Notes under the pieces: model-generated
Database searches by the model: none
What the model was told of the DNA's origin: nothing
Seen by the model: the letters and a program-made list of their open reading frames with translations, nothing else
Shown: positions 11,326 through 22,164 of the stretch, in pieces
How positions within the stretch are numbered: the stretch's first letter is position 1
Layout: each line of letters starts with the position of its first letter
Translations under genes and position numbers: made by a program
From: Bacilli bacterium
Lineage (GTDB): Bacteria; Bacillota_I; Bacilli_A; RF39; UBA660
Reading direction: 5' to 3'
Assembly: GCA_017416535.1 (NCBI GenBank)
Contig: JAFQCG010000001.1
Coordinates: forward strand, 604,259-668,258
DNA: 64,000 nt

Positions 11326-12705
11326 ATGAGTATAGATGTATGTAAATTATACGAAGATGTAAAAAGTAAAATTGGAAGTGAAGTAACACTTCAAGGATGG
11401 GTAAGAAACCATCGTAAACAAAAAGAATTTGGTTTTATTGATTTTAATGATGGAACTTGTTTTAAAAGTGTACAAGTAGTATATGATAACAAGTTAAGTG
11501 ACTTTGAAGATATTCAAAAAATAAGTGTAGGTAGTGCTATTGAGGTAGTTGGTACAGTAATAGAATCACCTGCACAAGGACAAGAATTTGAAGTTCAAGC
11601 TAGTAAGGTTGTTGTTTTAGGAACATGTCCAGAAGATTATCCAATTCAACCTAAAAGACATACTAGAGAATTTTTAAGAGAACAAGCTTATTTAAGACCT
11701 AGAACAAACTTATTTGGAGCAGTATTTAGAGTTAGAAGTGTAGCAGCTGCTGCAATTCATGAATATTTCCAAAAGAATGGATATGTTTATTTCCATGCAC
11801 CATTAATCACTGCAAGTGATTGTGAAGGTGCTGGAGAAATGTTCCAAGTAACTACATTAGATTTAGATAGAGTTGCTAAGAGTGGAAAAGTTGATTATGA
11901 TAAGGATTTCTTTGGCAAACAAGCAGCACTTACAGTTAGTGGACAATTACAAGCTGAAACATTTGCTTTAGCTTATAAGAAAACTTATACATTTGGACCA
12001 ACATTTAGAGCAGAAAACTCTAATACTAAAACACATGCTAATGAGTTTTGGATGATTGAACCAGAAATAGCTTTCTGTGATTTAGATAAAGATATGGATA
12101 TTATGGAAGATATGTTAAAGTATGTAGTTAAATATGTACTTGATAAATGTCCAAGTGAAATGGAATTCTTTGATAAGTTTGTAGAAAAAGGATTATTAGA
12201 TAAATTAAATAAATTAATAAATAGTGATTTCGTAAGAGTTGATCATGAAGAAGTAATTAGAATATTAAAAGAAGCAGATGTTAAATGGGAATTCCAACCA
12301 GAATATGGTGAAGATATTGCTAAAGAACATGAAAAATATATTACTGAATACTTTAATGGACCTGTATTTATTAAGAACTGGCCAAAAGATATTAAAGCAT
12401 TCTATATGAAACAAAACGAAGATGGTAAGACTGTTGCTGCTGTAGACTTAGAAGTTCCAGGAGCAGGAGAGTTAATGGGTGGTTCTCAACGTGAAGAAGA
12501 CTATGAAAAGCTAGTTAAACGTATGGAAGAACTTGGTATGGAAGTTGAAGGATTAGATTGGTACTTAAACTTACGTAAATTTGGAGGATGTGTTCACTCT
12601 GGATTTGGTATGGGATTTGAAAGATTACTTATCTATCTAACTGGAATTGAAAATATTAGAGATGTTATTCCATTCCCAAGAACACCTGGAAACTGTGAAT
12701 TTTAA
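11326..12705 (+). CDS. asnS: Asparagine--tRNA ligase
   Basis: LRPRTN, LTVSGQL, FGPTFRAENSNT, EFWMIEPE, GGSQRE, GFGMGFER. Confidence 0.97.
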   Translation: MSIDVCKLYEDVKSKIGSEVTLQGWVRNHRKQKEFGFIDFNDGTCFKSVQVVYDNKLSDFEDIQKISVGSAIEVVGTVIESPAQGQEFEVQASKVVVLGTCPEDYPIQPKRHTREFLREQAYLRPRTNLFGAVFRVRSVAAAAIHEYFQKNGYVYFHAPLITASDCEGAGEMFQVTTLDLDRVAKSGKVDYDKDFFGKQAALTVSGQLQAETFALAYKKTYTFGPTFRAENSNTKTHANEFWMIEPEIAFCDLDKDMDIMEDMLKYVVKYVLDKCPSEMEFFDKFVEKGLLDKLNKLINSDFVRVDHEEVIRILKEADVKWEFQPEYGEDIAKEHEKYITEYFNGPVFIKNWPKDIKAFYMKQNEDGKTVAAVDLEVPGAGELMGGSQREEDYEKLVKRMEELGMEVEGLDWYLNLRKFGGCVHSGFGMGFERLLIYLTGIENIRDVIPFPRTPGNCEF

Positions 12706-12792
12706 TTAACAGAAGTTTACATACTATATGTAGACTTCTTTTTATTTTTTAAATATATAGAAAAGTTAAGTGTTATAATCTAATTATTAGAG

Positions 12793-13599
12793 GTGTTGGC
12801 TATGAGCATATTACAAGCAATTAGTGATATAGGTTTACTTAGAGATATTAACGAAGACTATGCTTTTTGTAGTAGTCATCCGAAAAATCCTATTGTTAAA
12901 TTAATGGTACTTGCAGATGGAATGGGTGGAAAGAGTCAAGGTGATGTAGCTAGTCAAGAAGTAGTTGCTGATATAGAAGCTTGGTTTTATCATGAAGATG
13001 TAGGAATATTAAGTGAAATAGACGGAGTAAGTGCAATACTTGATAAAAGAATTCAGAATATAAATAAATATTTAATTCAAAAGTATGGAGAAAACTTTTT
13101 AGGTACAACTCTTACTTTGGCACTTATTGGTAGAGAAAAAACATTATTTTATAATATAGGAGATTCTCGTGGATATATTTATAAAGATAAAGAATTAATA
13201 CAAGTAACAGAAGATGATTCTGGAGTTTGGACATATTATAAATATGGTGATGTTGATAAGGATGATTTGAGGTTTTTTCCAACAAATAACTTTATAACTG
13301 CATGTGTTGGACTTAGCGAAAGTTTTTGTAAAAGTCGTGCTTATATAGTTAAGAATACTTATGATATGGCTTTACTTGTGACTGATGGAGTTACTGATTT
13401 ACTTGGAGATAATGATATTAAGAAGTGTTTAGTTAAGAAAAAACAAAAAGATATTTTAAAACATATTATAGATACTGCGGTTCATAAAGATTTAAAACTA
13501 AAAGTTCCGACATCATTAAAAATGAAATATAAAGGTAGATTTACTGTTCCTGTTCATGGAAGAGATAATGCTAGTGGAGTAATATATATAAAAGATTAA
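12793..13599 (+). CDS. PP2C-family Ser/Thr phosphatase
   Basis: NED, LADGMGG, GTT, NIGDSRGY, TDG, DNAS. Confidence 0.88.
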   Translation: MLAMSILQAISDIGLLRDINEDYAFCSSHPKNPIVKLMVLADGMGGKSQGDVASQEVVADIEAWFYHEDVGILSEIDGVSAILDKRIQNINKYLIQKYGENFLGTTLTLALIGREKTLFYNIGDSRGYIYKDKELIQVTEDDSGVWTYYKYGDVDKDDLRFFPTNNFITACVGLSESFCKSRAYIVKNTYDMALLVTDGVTDLLGDNDIKKCLVKKKQKDILKHIIDTAVHKDLKLKVPTSLKMKYKGRFTVPVHGRDNASGVIYIKD

Positions 13600-13652
13600 T
13601 TTAAATGTATAAATTAATCTTTTTTTTTCATTATAGTAATGGGAGGAAAATT

Positions 13653-14264
13653 ATGAAAAAGAAAATAATTGTAATTCTATCATTACTTGTAATGCTTGTA
13701 ACTGGATGTGGTAATAATATGAATACACCTACTGGCAAAGTTGAAGAATTTTTAGGTAGATATCAATCTATGGATAGTAATATTTTGACACAACTTGATA
13801 ATGTTATTTCAAATGATGAAACTATGAATGATACTCAAAAGAAAGATTATAAATCTTTAATGGAAAAGCAATATCAAAATTTATCTTATAAGATTAAAGA
13901 TGAAAAAATTGATGGAGATGAAGCAGAAGTATTAGTAGAAATTGAAGTTTTTGATTATGCTAATAGTATTAATGAATCTCGTAAATATTATACTGAACAT
14001 AGAGATGAATTTGACGATGGTGAAGTAGGTAATGATGGAGCAGATACAGATAATGATGGTAAAGATGAAGAAGGAGAAGTAGTAGGTGGAGCAGTTGATA
14101 CTATATCTTCATTTATTACTTATAAAATTAAACAATTAATGGATGTTACTGATAAAGCTAACTATGAAATTACATTTCACTTAAATAAAGAAGATGGTGA
14201 ATGGGTAATAGAAGATTTATCTGATGTTGATAGACAAAAGATTCATGGTTTGTTTGAAGATTAA
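13653..14264 (+). CDS. Lipoprotein of unknown function (NTF2-like)
   Basis: GGAGG RBS, MKKK..LVTGC lipobox; acidic insert. Confidence 0.65.
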   Translation: MKKKIIVILSLLVMLVTGCGNNMNTPTGKVEEFLGRYQSMDSNILTQLDNVISNDETMNDTQKKDYKSLMEKQYQNLSYKIKDEKIDGDEAEVLVEIEVFDYANSINESRKYYTEHRDEFDDGEVGNDGADTDNDGKDEEGEVVGGAVDTISSFITYKIKQLMDVTDKANYEITFHLNKEDGEWVIEDLSDVDRQKIHGLFED

Positions 14265-14337
14265 ATAATAATATAAAAAGTCAAATATTGACTTTTTTTT
14301 TATTTTAATCTCTGATATAATTGTATAAGATAAGAGG

Positions 14338-16305
14338 GTGTTTATAGTGCTAGGAAATATTAGTGAAATAATTGACAACTATGTATATATTAATTTAAGT
14401 ATTGATATTACTCAACAACCTAACTTAGTTAATTTACATGTAGTTTTTGATGACGGTAAAAAGAAGGTTGTTGGTGAAATAGCTAATACTAATAAAGAGA
14501 AGATGACAGTTATTATTGTTGGGGAAATTAAAGATGGTAGTTTTATTCCTGGAGCAAATTCTAAACCTTCATTTAAATCAGTTCCTAGACTTATTAAGGC
14601 TGATGAACTTGCAATACTTTTAGGTGATCAAACTACAAAGCATGGTCAAACTAATTTTGGTACAAGTAATGTTTATGAAGGGTATAAGATTAATGTTTCT
14701 ATTAATGATTTCTTTAATAGTCACTTTTCAATACTAGGTAACTCTGGTGCTGGTAAATCTTGTACTGTTGCATCACTTTTACAAAAGTTATTTACTAGTA
14801 GTCCAACTCCTCCAAAGAATGCGGGATTATTCTTCTTTGATGCATATGGAGAGTATACTAATGCTTTTGGTAAGATACATGAGAGAAATCCAGTATTAAA
14901 CTATAAATCTTATACAACTAATACTGATACACCTGAATGTGAAATTTTACAAATTCCAATTTGGTTACTTGATGTTGATGATTTAGCTTTACTACTTGAT
15001 GTTAATACTCCTTCGCAATTACCAATTATTGAAAAGACATTAAAACTTGTTCCTGTACTTACAGGGGATGGGGAAAATGTTATTAAGAAAAAGAATGATA
15101 TTATAGCAAGAGCTGTTCAAGATATATTACTTTCTGGAAATGATTCTACTAAGATTCGTGACCAAGTAATTGGTGTTTTAACAAAGTTTAATACACCATC
15201 ATTAAATTTAAATAGTCAAATAGTTCAACCTGGTTATACTCGTACATTTAAACAATGTTTATTTGTTGATAAGACTGGTAAGATGCAAGAGATGGAACTT
15301 GTGGTTGAATTTATTCGTGGCTATATTATGGATGAACAAATTGATTTAAAACCAGAAGATATTAATCCATATTACACTTTAACTGATTTAGAGTTAGCAA
15401 TGGACTTTGCTTTAATCAGTGAAGGTATTTTAAAAAGTGATAAAGTATTCGATTATGCTAATGTTATTAGTGTTCGTTTACATACACTTGCTAGTGGAGA
15501 AAATGCTGTTTATTTCTCTTATCCTAAATATGTTACAAGGGATCAATATTTAGAAGATTTAGTTACAAATAAGCAAACTGGTGGAAGATGTCAAATTGTT
15601 AACTTTAATATTAACTACATTGATGACCGTTTAGCTAAAGTAATTACTAAGATTTTATCTAGAATGTTATTTAAAAAAGCAAGTACAATTAAGCCTCGTG
15701 GTAGTAGAGCATTCCATATTATTATTGAAGAAGCTCACCGTTATGTACAACACGATGGAGATGTTGAATTACTTGGATATAATATATTTGAAAGAATTGC
15801 TAAGGAAGGACGTAAGTATGGTATGTTCTTAGCAATGATTACTCAAAGACCTAGTGAACTTTCAGATACCTGTGTATCACAATGTGCAAACTTTGTTATT
15901 TTAAGAACAATGCACCCAGTTGACCTAGAATATATTAGAACAATGGTTCCTAATGTTTCTAATGAGATTGTGTTGCAACTTAAAAACTTAAAACCAGGTA
16001 ACTGTATAGCATTCGGTAGTGCTTTTAAAGTTCCAACACAGTTATATGTTGATTTACCAAATCCAAGACCACTTTCTAACAATGTAGATCTTGAAAATGT
16101 TTGGTATAATGATATTAAGGAAACTACAGTAGGAGGTGCTACTGCAGGATTTGGAGTAGATGTTTCTGGACAAAAGTTTGCTCAACCAACAGTTCAACTT
16201 ACTAATCCAGCAGCTCCTAAGACTTCACCTTCGGTACAACCTCAAGCTGCTCCACAGGTTAATACATTTATTCAACAAAATACACAAAATCTATTAGATG
16301 ACTAA
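14338..16305 (+). CDS. HerA/DUF87-family ATPase
   Basis: HAS-barrel-like N-terminus, GNSGAGKS, FDAYGEY, IIIEEAHRY, IAKEGRKYG, TQRPSEL. Confidence 0.88.
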   Translation: MFIVLGNISEIIDNYVYINLSIDITQQPNLVNLHVVFDDGKKKVVGEIANTNKEKMTVIIVGEIKDGSFIPGANSKPSFKSVPRLIKADELAILLGDQTTKHGQTNFGTSNVYEGYKINVSINDFFNSHFSILGNSGAGKSCTVASLLQKLFTSSPTPPKNAGLFFFDAYGEYTNAFGKIHERNPVLNYKSYTTNTDTPECEILQIPIWLLDVDDLALLLDVNTPSQLPIIEKTLKLVPVLTGDGENVIKKKNDIIARAVQDILLSGNDSTKIRDQVIGVLTKFNTPSLNLNSQIVQPGYTRTFKQCLFVDKTGKMQEMELVVEFIRGYIMDEQIDLKPEDINPYYTLTDLELAMDFALISEGILKSDKVFDYANVISVRLHTLASGENAVYFSYPKYVTRDQYLEDLVTNKQTGGRCQIVNFNINYIDDRLAKVITKILSRMLFKKASTIKPRGSRAFHIIIEEAHRYVQHDGDVELLGYNIFERIAKEGRKYGMFLAMITQRPSELSDTCVSQCANFVILRTMHPVDLEYIRTMVPNVSNEIVLQLKNLKPGNCIAFGSAFKVPTQLYVDLPNPRPLSNNVDLENVWYNDIKETTVGGATAGFGVDVSGQKFAQPTVQLTNPAAPKTSPSVQPQAAPQVNTFIQQNTQNLLDD

Positions 16306-16377
16306 AATTAATTAATTTTAGTCTTTTTCTTTTTATTTATTTGTGATAAAATTGGTATAGTAATATAGATAATTAGG

Positions 16378-16830
16378 ATGGAGGATAAGTTTATGGCTTT
16401 AAATAAATTAAAAGGTTTCTTTACTGGTGAAGAAACAGAAGTTGAAACTACTGGTGAAGATAGTTTCTATAATGTATCAAAAGAAGAATATCATGAGCAA
16501 AATGGTGTTGCGGGAAGTAAGATGATGTTACTTGAACCTCGTGCATATTCTGAAAGTCAACAAATTGCTGATTATTTAAAAAATCGTAGTGCAGTTGTTG
16601 TTAATTTAAAAAGAGTTACACCTGATCAAGCTAAGAGAATTGTAGATTTCTTATATGGTACTATTTATGCAATTGGTGGAGATTTACAAAAATTAGGTGG
16701 AGGTATATTCTTATGTACTCCTAATAATGTTAATGTAGAAGGTAAAATTAGTGAAGAAGGAAATAATTCTTCTAAATCTGCTAGAGGAAAGAAAGCAGAA
16801 AAAGAAGAAGACGATGATGATTTCTTTTAA
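16378..16830 (+). CDS. sepF: Cell division protein SepF
   Basis: [25 protein letters not shown]...[10 protein letters not shown]; precedes divIVA. Confidence 0.92.
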   Translation: MEDKFMALNKLKGFFTGEETEVETTGEDSFYNVSKEEYHEQNGVAGSKMMLLEPRAYSESQQIADYLKNRSAVVVNLKRVTPDQAKRIVDFLYGTIYAIGGDLQKLGGGIFLCTPNNVNVEGKISEEGNNSSKSARGKKAEKEEDDDDFF

Positions 16831-16859
16831 TTAAATATATATTTTTCTGAGGTGATTAT

Positions 16860-17297
16860 ATGGAAAAATTTAGTTATGAAGCTAATGGATATAATCGCAG
16901 TGAAGTTAATCAATTTATAAGTGATGTTATTACTCAGACCGAAGGTATTATTACTAGATGCAAAGCACAAAATAAGGAAATAGAGAAATTAAAGGCAGAA
17001 CTTGAACATTATAAAATGTTGGAAGATACTTTGAAAGTGGCGATTATTAAAGCAGAAGAGACTGGTGACAATATAAAGAGAATGGCTCGAGAAGAGAGTG
17101 AACTTATTGTTACTGATGCTAAACATAATGCTAGTAGAATTGTTAATGAAGCGCTACTTAAGGCTGAGAAAATTGAAAATAACGCAGAGATTCTAGAGAA
17201 AAACATGAAGATATTTAAAAGAAAATTAAAATTGATTATGGAACAACAAATGGCTGTTGTAGAAGAAATAGAAGTTTTAGAACTAGATCCTCGTTGA
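16860..17297 (+). CDS. divIVA: DivIVA-family protein
   Basis: F...NGYNRSEVNQFI N-terminus plus coiled coil; sepF-divIVA-ileS context. Confidence 0.85.
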   Translation: MEKFSYEANGYNRSEVNQFISDVITQTEGIITRCKAQNKEIEKLKAELEHYKMLEDTLKVAIIKAEETGDNIKRMAREESELIVTDAKHNASRIVNEALLKAEKIENNAEILEKNMKIFKRKLKLIMEQQMAVVEEIEVLELDPR

Positions 17298-17325
17298 TCT
17301 AGTTTTTTGTTTAAGGAGGAATAAT

Positions 17326-17586
17326 ATGAGATTAGGATTTACAAATAATGGTTTTAGAAAATTGTGTGCTGTTGTATTAGTAGGAACTATTGCTGGGGGA
17401 GTAACATATGGACAAGTTGTTTCTGGAAAGTGTCAAAGTAATAACGAATTTTTAAAAGGATACTATTATGATGAAGATGTTAAAAAGAATAGAGAAGACT
17501 TATTAGGCAGTATTACAAGTAATGGAAAGAAGAAAGTAAAAACTTTTGGTAAAAGAGAAGTTATTCCAAAGACAATTATAAAATAA
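17326..17586 (+). CDS. Small hypothetical protein with one hydrophobic segment
   Basis: Strong AAGGAG RBS; 86-aa ORF. Confidence 0.55.
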   Translation: MRLGFTNNGFRKLCAVVLVGTIAGGVTYGQVVSGKCQSNNEFLKGYYYDEDVKKNREDLLGSITSNGKKKVKTFGKREVIPKTIIK

Positions 17587-17650
17587 TTGTCTTTTTTTGA
17601 CTAATTTTAATAAATAATGTATAATATAGGCACTTTTAGGGGGAATAGTT

Positions 17651-18571
17651 ATGTCAACATATGTTGATTATTATGAAAAGTTAGATAATTGGTATGAATC
17701 TTTTTCTTGTGATAGAGAACTTGAAATGGATGATGCTAAAGCTTTGGTTAAAGAGATTCAAAGTACTGAGTCTTTAAAGAAAAAGAAATTATTACAGGAA
17801 AAGTTATTGGTTGGTACTATTGGTCAAGTTTATAAATGTATTAAAAATAATGGTTTACTTGCATTATGTGAAACTGGTTATTTTGAATTTGATGATTTAG
17901 TTAGTACTATGGCTATGACTTGGGTAGAAGATTTAGAAGATAAAATAAAAGATGCTGGAAGATATTCGTCATTATTTAATAGTGAATATTTTTTAGATGT
18001 TGCAAATAGATTAGGTATTACTCAAGTACCTGAATTACTTGGAATTAAACCTGCTTTATATTTTTCTGCATTAGGTATTTATTTTAGAGAAAGAAATTTA
18101 TATGATGGGAAAGTTGCAGAAATGCCTAGTGTTTTTGTATCATCTTTTTCTACTAGTAAGAGTAGAGATGAATATTTAGAATCTGTTGCATTTATAGATA
18201 GTGCTTATTCTAGATATAGAATTTATGGAGATGTTTATTCAAAAAACACTTCAGCGTGTGGTCTACTTGGAATGGCTTTTGTTGGTATAGAAGTTTTTGA
18301 AAATATAAAGGATATTCCTAAAGAAAATAGTTTTATTGATGGTTTAGTAGATAGTATTGATATTAAAGATGCGGTTTTTGGAAGTAAACTAAGTGAACAA
18401 CATAAGAAAGCTCTTTATTATAAGTATGGTTTTGATGGAGCAGAAGAAAGAACAATAGATGATGTTGCGGAATGTTTAGGAGTAAATCATGAGAAATCTA
18501 GAAATCTTACTGCTAAAGCATTAAGAGATCTTAGAAAAGAAGGTAAAGTATTACAATTATATGTAAAATAA
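17651..18571 (+). CDS. Divergent sigma-70-like protein (region 4 HTH, degenerate region 2)
   Basis: LSEQHKKALYYKYGFDGAEERTIDDVAECLGV..KALRDLRK resembles sigma region 4. Confidence 0.65.
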   Translation: MSTYVDYYEKLDNWYESFSCDRELEMDDAKALVKEIQSTESLKKKKLLQEKLLVGTIGQVYKCIKNNGLLALCETGYFEFDDLVSTMAMTWVEDLEDKIKDAGRYSSLFNSEYFLDVANRLGITQVPELLGIKPALYFSALGIYFRERNLYDGKVAEMPSVFVSSFSTSKSRDEYLESVAFIDSAYSRYRIYGDVYSKNTSACGLLGMAFVGIEVFENIKDIPKENSFIDGLVDSIDIKDAVFGSKLSEQHKKALYYKYGFDGAEERTIDDVAECLGVNHEKSRNLTAKALRDLRKEGKVLQLYVK

Positions 18572-18611
18572 CATATTGTAAAAAAATAATGTTTGTGTTA
18601 TATTAGTTTGG

Positions 18612-18832
18612 AAAGCAAGTGCGAAAGACGTAATATTAATGGATTAGTAGAGAGCTTGTGGCTAGGTGAAAACAAGTATGAAGTTATTATTAAGATCACT
18701 TTCAAGTGCGATTTATGGATAAGATAAATACGGTGACGCGTTATAGTGATTAAGTTAGAAACAAAATTATTGTTTTTATAAATTAAGGTGGTACCACGAA
18801 CTATTCGTCCTTATTGGATGAATAGTTTTTTT
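18612..18832 (+). promoter_or_regulatory. T-box riboswitch (Ile specifier) upstream of ileS
   Basis: AGAGA and GGTGAAA stem I motifs, ATC specifier at ~18695, T-box AAGGTGGTACCACG (18785-18798), terminator AACTATTCGTCC/GGATGAATAGTT-T run. Confidence 0.9.
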
Positions 18833-18854
18833 ATTTTAAAAAGGAGGGATTATT

Positions 18855-21800
18855 ATGAAATTTGAAAAATTAACACAAGGAACAAATGAAGAAATTGAAA
18901 AGAAATACATTGAGTATTGGGATAAGATTGATATTTTAAAAAGAAGTATTGATACAAGAGAAGAAAATAATAAGTTTGTTTTCTATGATGGACCTGCTAC
19001 TGCTAATGGGCATCCTGGTCTTCATCACATGCTTTCAAAATTTTTAAAAGATACTTTTTGTAAGTATAAAACTATGCAAGGGTATCAAGTATATCGTAAA
19101 GTAGGTTGGGATACACATGGTTTACCAGTTGAATTACAAGTTGAAAAAGAATTAGGTTTTTCTGGTAAGGGTGATATCGAAAAATATGGTATTGAAGAAT
19201 TTAATCAAAAATGTCGTGAAAATGTTTGGAAAAATGAAAAATCATTTTCTGATTTAACTAAAAAGATGGGACAATTTATTGATTTAGATAATCCATATGT
19301 TACTTATAATAACGATTATATTGAAACTGAATGGTGGATTTTAAAGAAATTCTTTGATGAAGGTCTATTCTATGAAGGAAGTAAGATTTTACCATATTGT
19401 CCTAGATGTGGGACAGGACTTGCTTCACATGAAGTTGCTCAAGGATATAAAGAAGTTTCTGTTAACACTGTATATGTTCCATTTAAAGTTAAAGAACAAG
19501 AAAATACTTATTTCTTAGTATGGACAACTACACCTTGGACATTATGTGCAAACGTTGCATTATGTGTTAATCCAGATGAAGTTTATGTTAAATGTCTATC
19601 TAAAGGATATAACTTTATTGTTGCTAAAGCTTTAGCTGATAAAGTATTAGGTGAAGGTTATGAAGTAGTAGAAGAATATAAAGGTAAAGATTTAGAATAT
19701 GTTGAATATGAACAATTATTACCATTCTTCGAAGTTAATAAGAAGGCTTTCTTTGTAACATGTGATAACTATGTTACTATGAGTGATGGTACTGGTATCG
19801 TACATATTGCTCCTGCATTTGGTGCTGATGATGCCTTAGTTGGAAAGAACTATGGTTTACCATATTTAAATCCAGTAGGAGAAGATGGATGCTATTTAGA
19901 TGGACCATGGAAGGGAAGACTTGTAATTGATTCTGAACTTGAAGTAGATATTATTAAATATTTAGCTAGTGAAGATAAATTATTTAAGAAACAAAAAATG
20001 GTACATGATTATCCACATTGTTGGAGATGTGGTACTCCATTAATTTATTATTCAAAACCATCATTCTATTTAGAAGTTACTAAGATTCAAGATAAGATTA
20101 TTGAAGCTAATAAGAAAGTAAATTGGTATCCAGCTTATGTTGGGGAAAAGAGATTTGCTAACTGGTTAGAAAATATGAATGATTGGGCTATTTCACGTAG
20201 TCGTTATTGGGGAACACCACTTCCATTATGGAGATGTGAATGTGGTCATGATATGATGGTTGGTTCAAGAAAAGAATTAGTAGATCTTGCTATTGAAAAG
20301 ATTGATGAGTCAATTGATTTACATAGACCATATGTTGATGATGTTCATATTAAATGTCCAAAATGTGGTAAGACAATGAGTCGTGTTAGTGATGTTATTG
20401 ACTGTTGGTTTGACTCTGGTTCAATGCCATTTGCGCAATATCATTATCCATTTGAAAATGAAGATTTCTTTGAAAAACAATTCCCTGCAGATTTTATCTG
20501 TGAAGGAGTAGATCAAACTCGTGGTTGGTTCTATGTATTACTTGTAATTTCTACATTCTTAAAAGGATGCAGTCCATATAAAAATGTTTTGGTAAATGAC
20601 TTAATCCAAGATGCAGAAGGTAAGAAGATGAGTAAATCTCGTGGTAATATCGTTGAACCATTTACTACAATGCAAAAGTATGGAGCAGATACAGTTAGAT
20701 TCTATTTACCATATGTGTCACCAGTATGGACTCCGCTTAAGTTTGATGAAGAAGGATTAAAAGAAATTTATTCAAAATATATTTCAACATTTAAGAATGC
20801 ATACTCATTCTTTGAAATGTATGCTAATGCTGATAATATTGATCCTAGAGAATATGATATTCCAGTAGAAAATAGAGATTTAATTGATAGATGGTTATTA
20901 TCTAAATTAAATAGATTAGTTAAGAATGTTAATGAAGCATATCAAGAATATGATTTAAATAAAGTTGCTAGATTAGTAGTTCCATTCTTAAATGATGATT
21001 TATCTAATTGGTATATTAGAAGTAACAGAAGAAGATTCTGGGATAGTGAATTATCTGAAAGTAAGAAAGCAGTATATTTAACTACATATGAAGTATTAGT
21101 TACATTATGTAAGTTATGTGCTCCTTTAACACCATTCCTAACAGAAGAAATTTATAGAAATTTAACTGGAGAAGAATCAGTTCACTTAGCTAGTTTCCCA
21201 GTAGAAAATACAGATTTAATTAATGAAACTGTTGAAGAAAGAATGGATTTAGTTAGAGATGTATGTTCACTTGGTAGATTTGCAAGAGAAGAAGTTAATA
21301 TTAAAGTAAGACAACCAATTCAAAGTTTAATCCTACCTAAGAGTGATGAAATGATTATTGGAGATTTACTTCCAGTAATTACTGAAGAATTAAATGTTAA
21401 AGAAGTTATGTTTAAAGATGATATGACTGAATACTTAGAATATATTGTTAAACCTAATTTTAAAGTATTAGGTAAAGCTCTTGGTGCTAAAATTAAAGAA
21501 CTTCAAGGTTTACTTCAAAATGCAACTACTGAACAAGTTCAAAAGATTAATAATGGTGGATGGATGGTATCTCTTGGAGGAGATGATTTCACTATTACTG
21601 AAGAAATGGTTATTACAGAAGTTAAACAAAAAGAAGGTTATGCTTCAGCAAGTAATAATAGAACTTGTGTAGTACTTGAAACTGAACTTACTGAAGAATT
21701 AATTTTAGAAGGACTTGCTCGTGAATTTGTACGTAAGGTTCAAAGTTTAAGAAAAGATGCTGACTTTGTAATTACAGATCATATTAAAGTTTACTATAAT

Positions 21801-21950
21801 GGTACTGAAAAGATTGATAAGATGTTAGAATCTTGGAAAGACTATGTTATGGGTGAAGTTCTTGGAGAAGAATTAATTAAAGATGAATCACTAGAAGATT
21901 ATAGTGAAATGAATGATGAAAAAGCTGCTATTAAAGTAGAAAGAGTATAA
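18855..21950 (+). CDS. ileS: Isoleucine--tRNA ligase, type 2 (IleRS2)
   Basis: YDGPATANG, GWDTHGLP, WTTTPWTL, WAISRSRYWGTP, DCWFDSGSMPFAQ, KMSKS; HIGH motif reads GLHH. Confidence 0.97.
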   Translation: MKFEKLTQGTNEEIEKKYIEYWDKIDILKRSIDTREENNKFVFYDGPATANGHPGLHHMLSKFLKDTFCKYKTMQGYQVYRKVGWDTHGLPVELQVEKELGFSGKGDIEKYGIEEFNQKCRENVWKNEKSFSDLTKKMGQFIDLDNPYVTYNNDYIETEWWILKKFFDEGLFYEGSKILPYCPRCGTGLASHEVAQGYKEVSVNTVYVPFKVKEQENTYFLVWTTTPWTLCANVALCVNPDEVYVKCLSKGYNFIVAKALADKVLGEGYEVVEEYKGKDLEYVEYEQLLPFFEVNKKAFFVTCDNYVTMSDGTGIVHIAPAFGADDALVGKNYGLPYLNPVGEDGCYLDGPWKGRLVIDSELEVDIIKYLASEDKLFKKQKMVHDYPHCWRCGTPLIYYSKPSFYLEVTKIQDKIIEANKKVNWYPAYVGEKRFANWLENMNDWAISRSRYWGTPLPLWRCECGHDMMVGSRKELVDLAIEKIDESIDLHRPYVDDVHIKCPKCGKTMSRVSDVIDCWFDSGSMPFAQYHYPFENEDFFEKQFPADFICEGVDQTRGWFYVLLVISTFLKGCSPYKNVLVNDLIQDAEGKKMSKSRGNIVEPFTTMQKYGADTVRFYLPYVSPVWTPLKFDEEGLKEIYSKYISTFKNAYSFFEMYANADNIDPREYDIPVENRDLIDRWLLSKLNRLVKNVNEAYQEYDLNKVARLVVPFLNDDLSNWYIRSNRRRFWDSELSESKKAVYLTTYEVLVTLCKLCAPLTPFLTEEIYRNLTGEESVHLASFPVENTDLINETVEERMDLVRDVCSLGRFAREEVNIKVRQPIQSLILPKSDEMIIGDLLPVITEELNVKEVMFKDDMTEYLEYIVKPNFKVLGKALGAKIKELQGLLQNATTEQVQKINNGGWMVSLGGDDFTITEEMVITEVKQKEGYASASNNRTCVVLETELTEELILEGLAREFVRKVQSLRKDADFVITDHIKVYYNGTEKIDKMLESWKDYVMGEVLGEELIKDESLEDYSEMNDEKAAIKVERV

Positions 21951-22078
21951 GAAAAAGGACTAAGATTTAGTCCTTTTTTGTTCGATTGACAAATTGTAAA
22001 TATTTGGTATACACTGAACTTAGGGGATACCTAACTGTTGAGTGCTTGCCTAACTTCATAATGAAGGGAGGCGATAAT

Positions 22079-22156
22079 ATGAGAAAGAAAGATTTGTTAA
22101 TTACATCTCTTATCCTTATTATATTTTCACTTATTGCCTTGTTATTTGTACGATAA
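22079..22156 (+). CDS. 25-aa hydrophobic peptide, putative type I toxin (MRKKDLLITSLILIIFSLIALLFVR)
   Basis: TTGACA promoter at 21986, AGGGAGG RBS, single TM helix with basic N-terminus. Confidence 0.7.
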   Translation: MRKKDLLITSLILIIFSLIALLFVR

Positions 22157-22164
22157 TAAGAATA

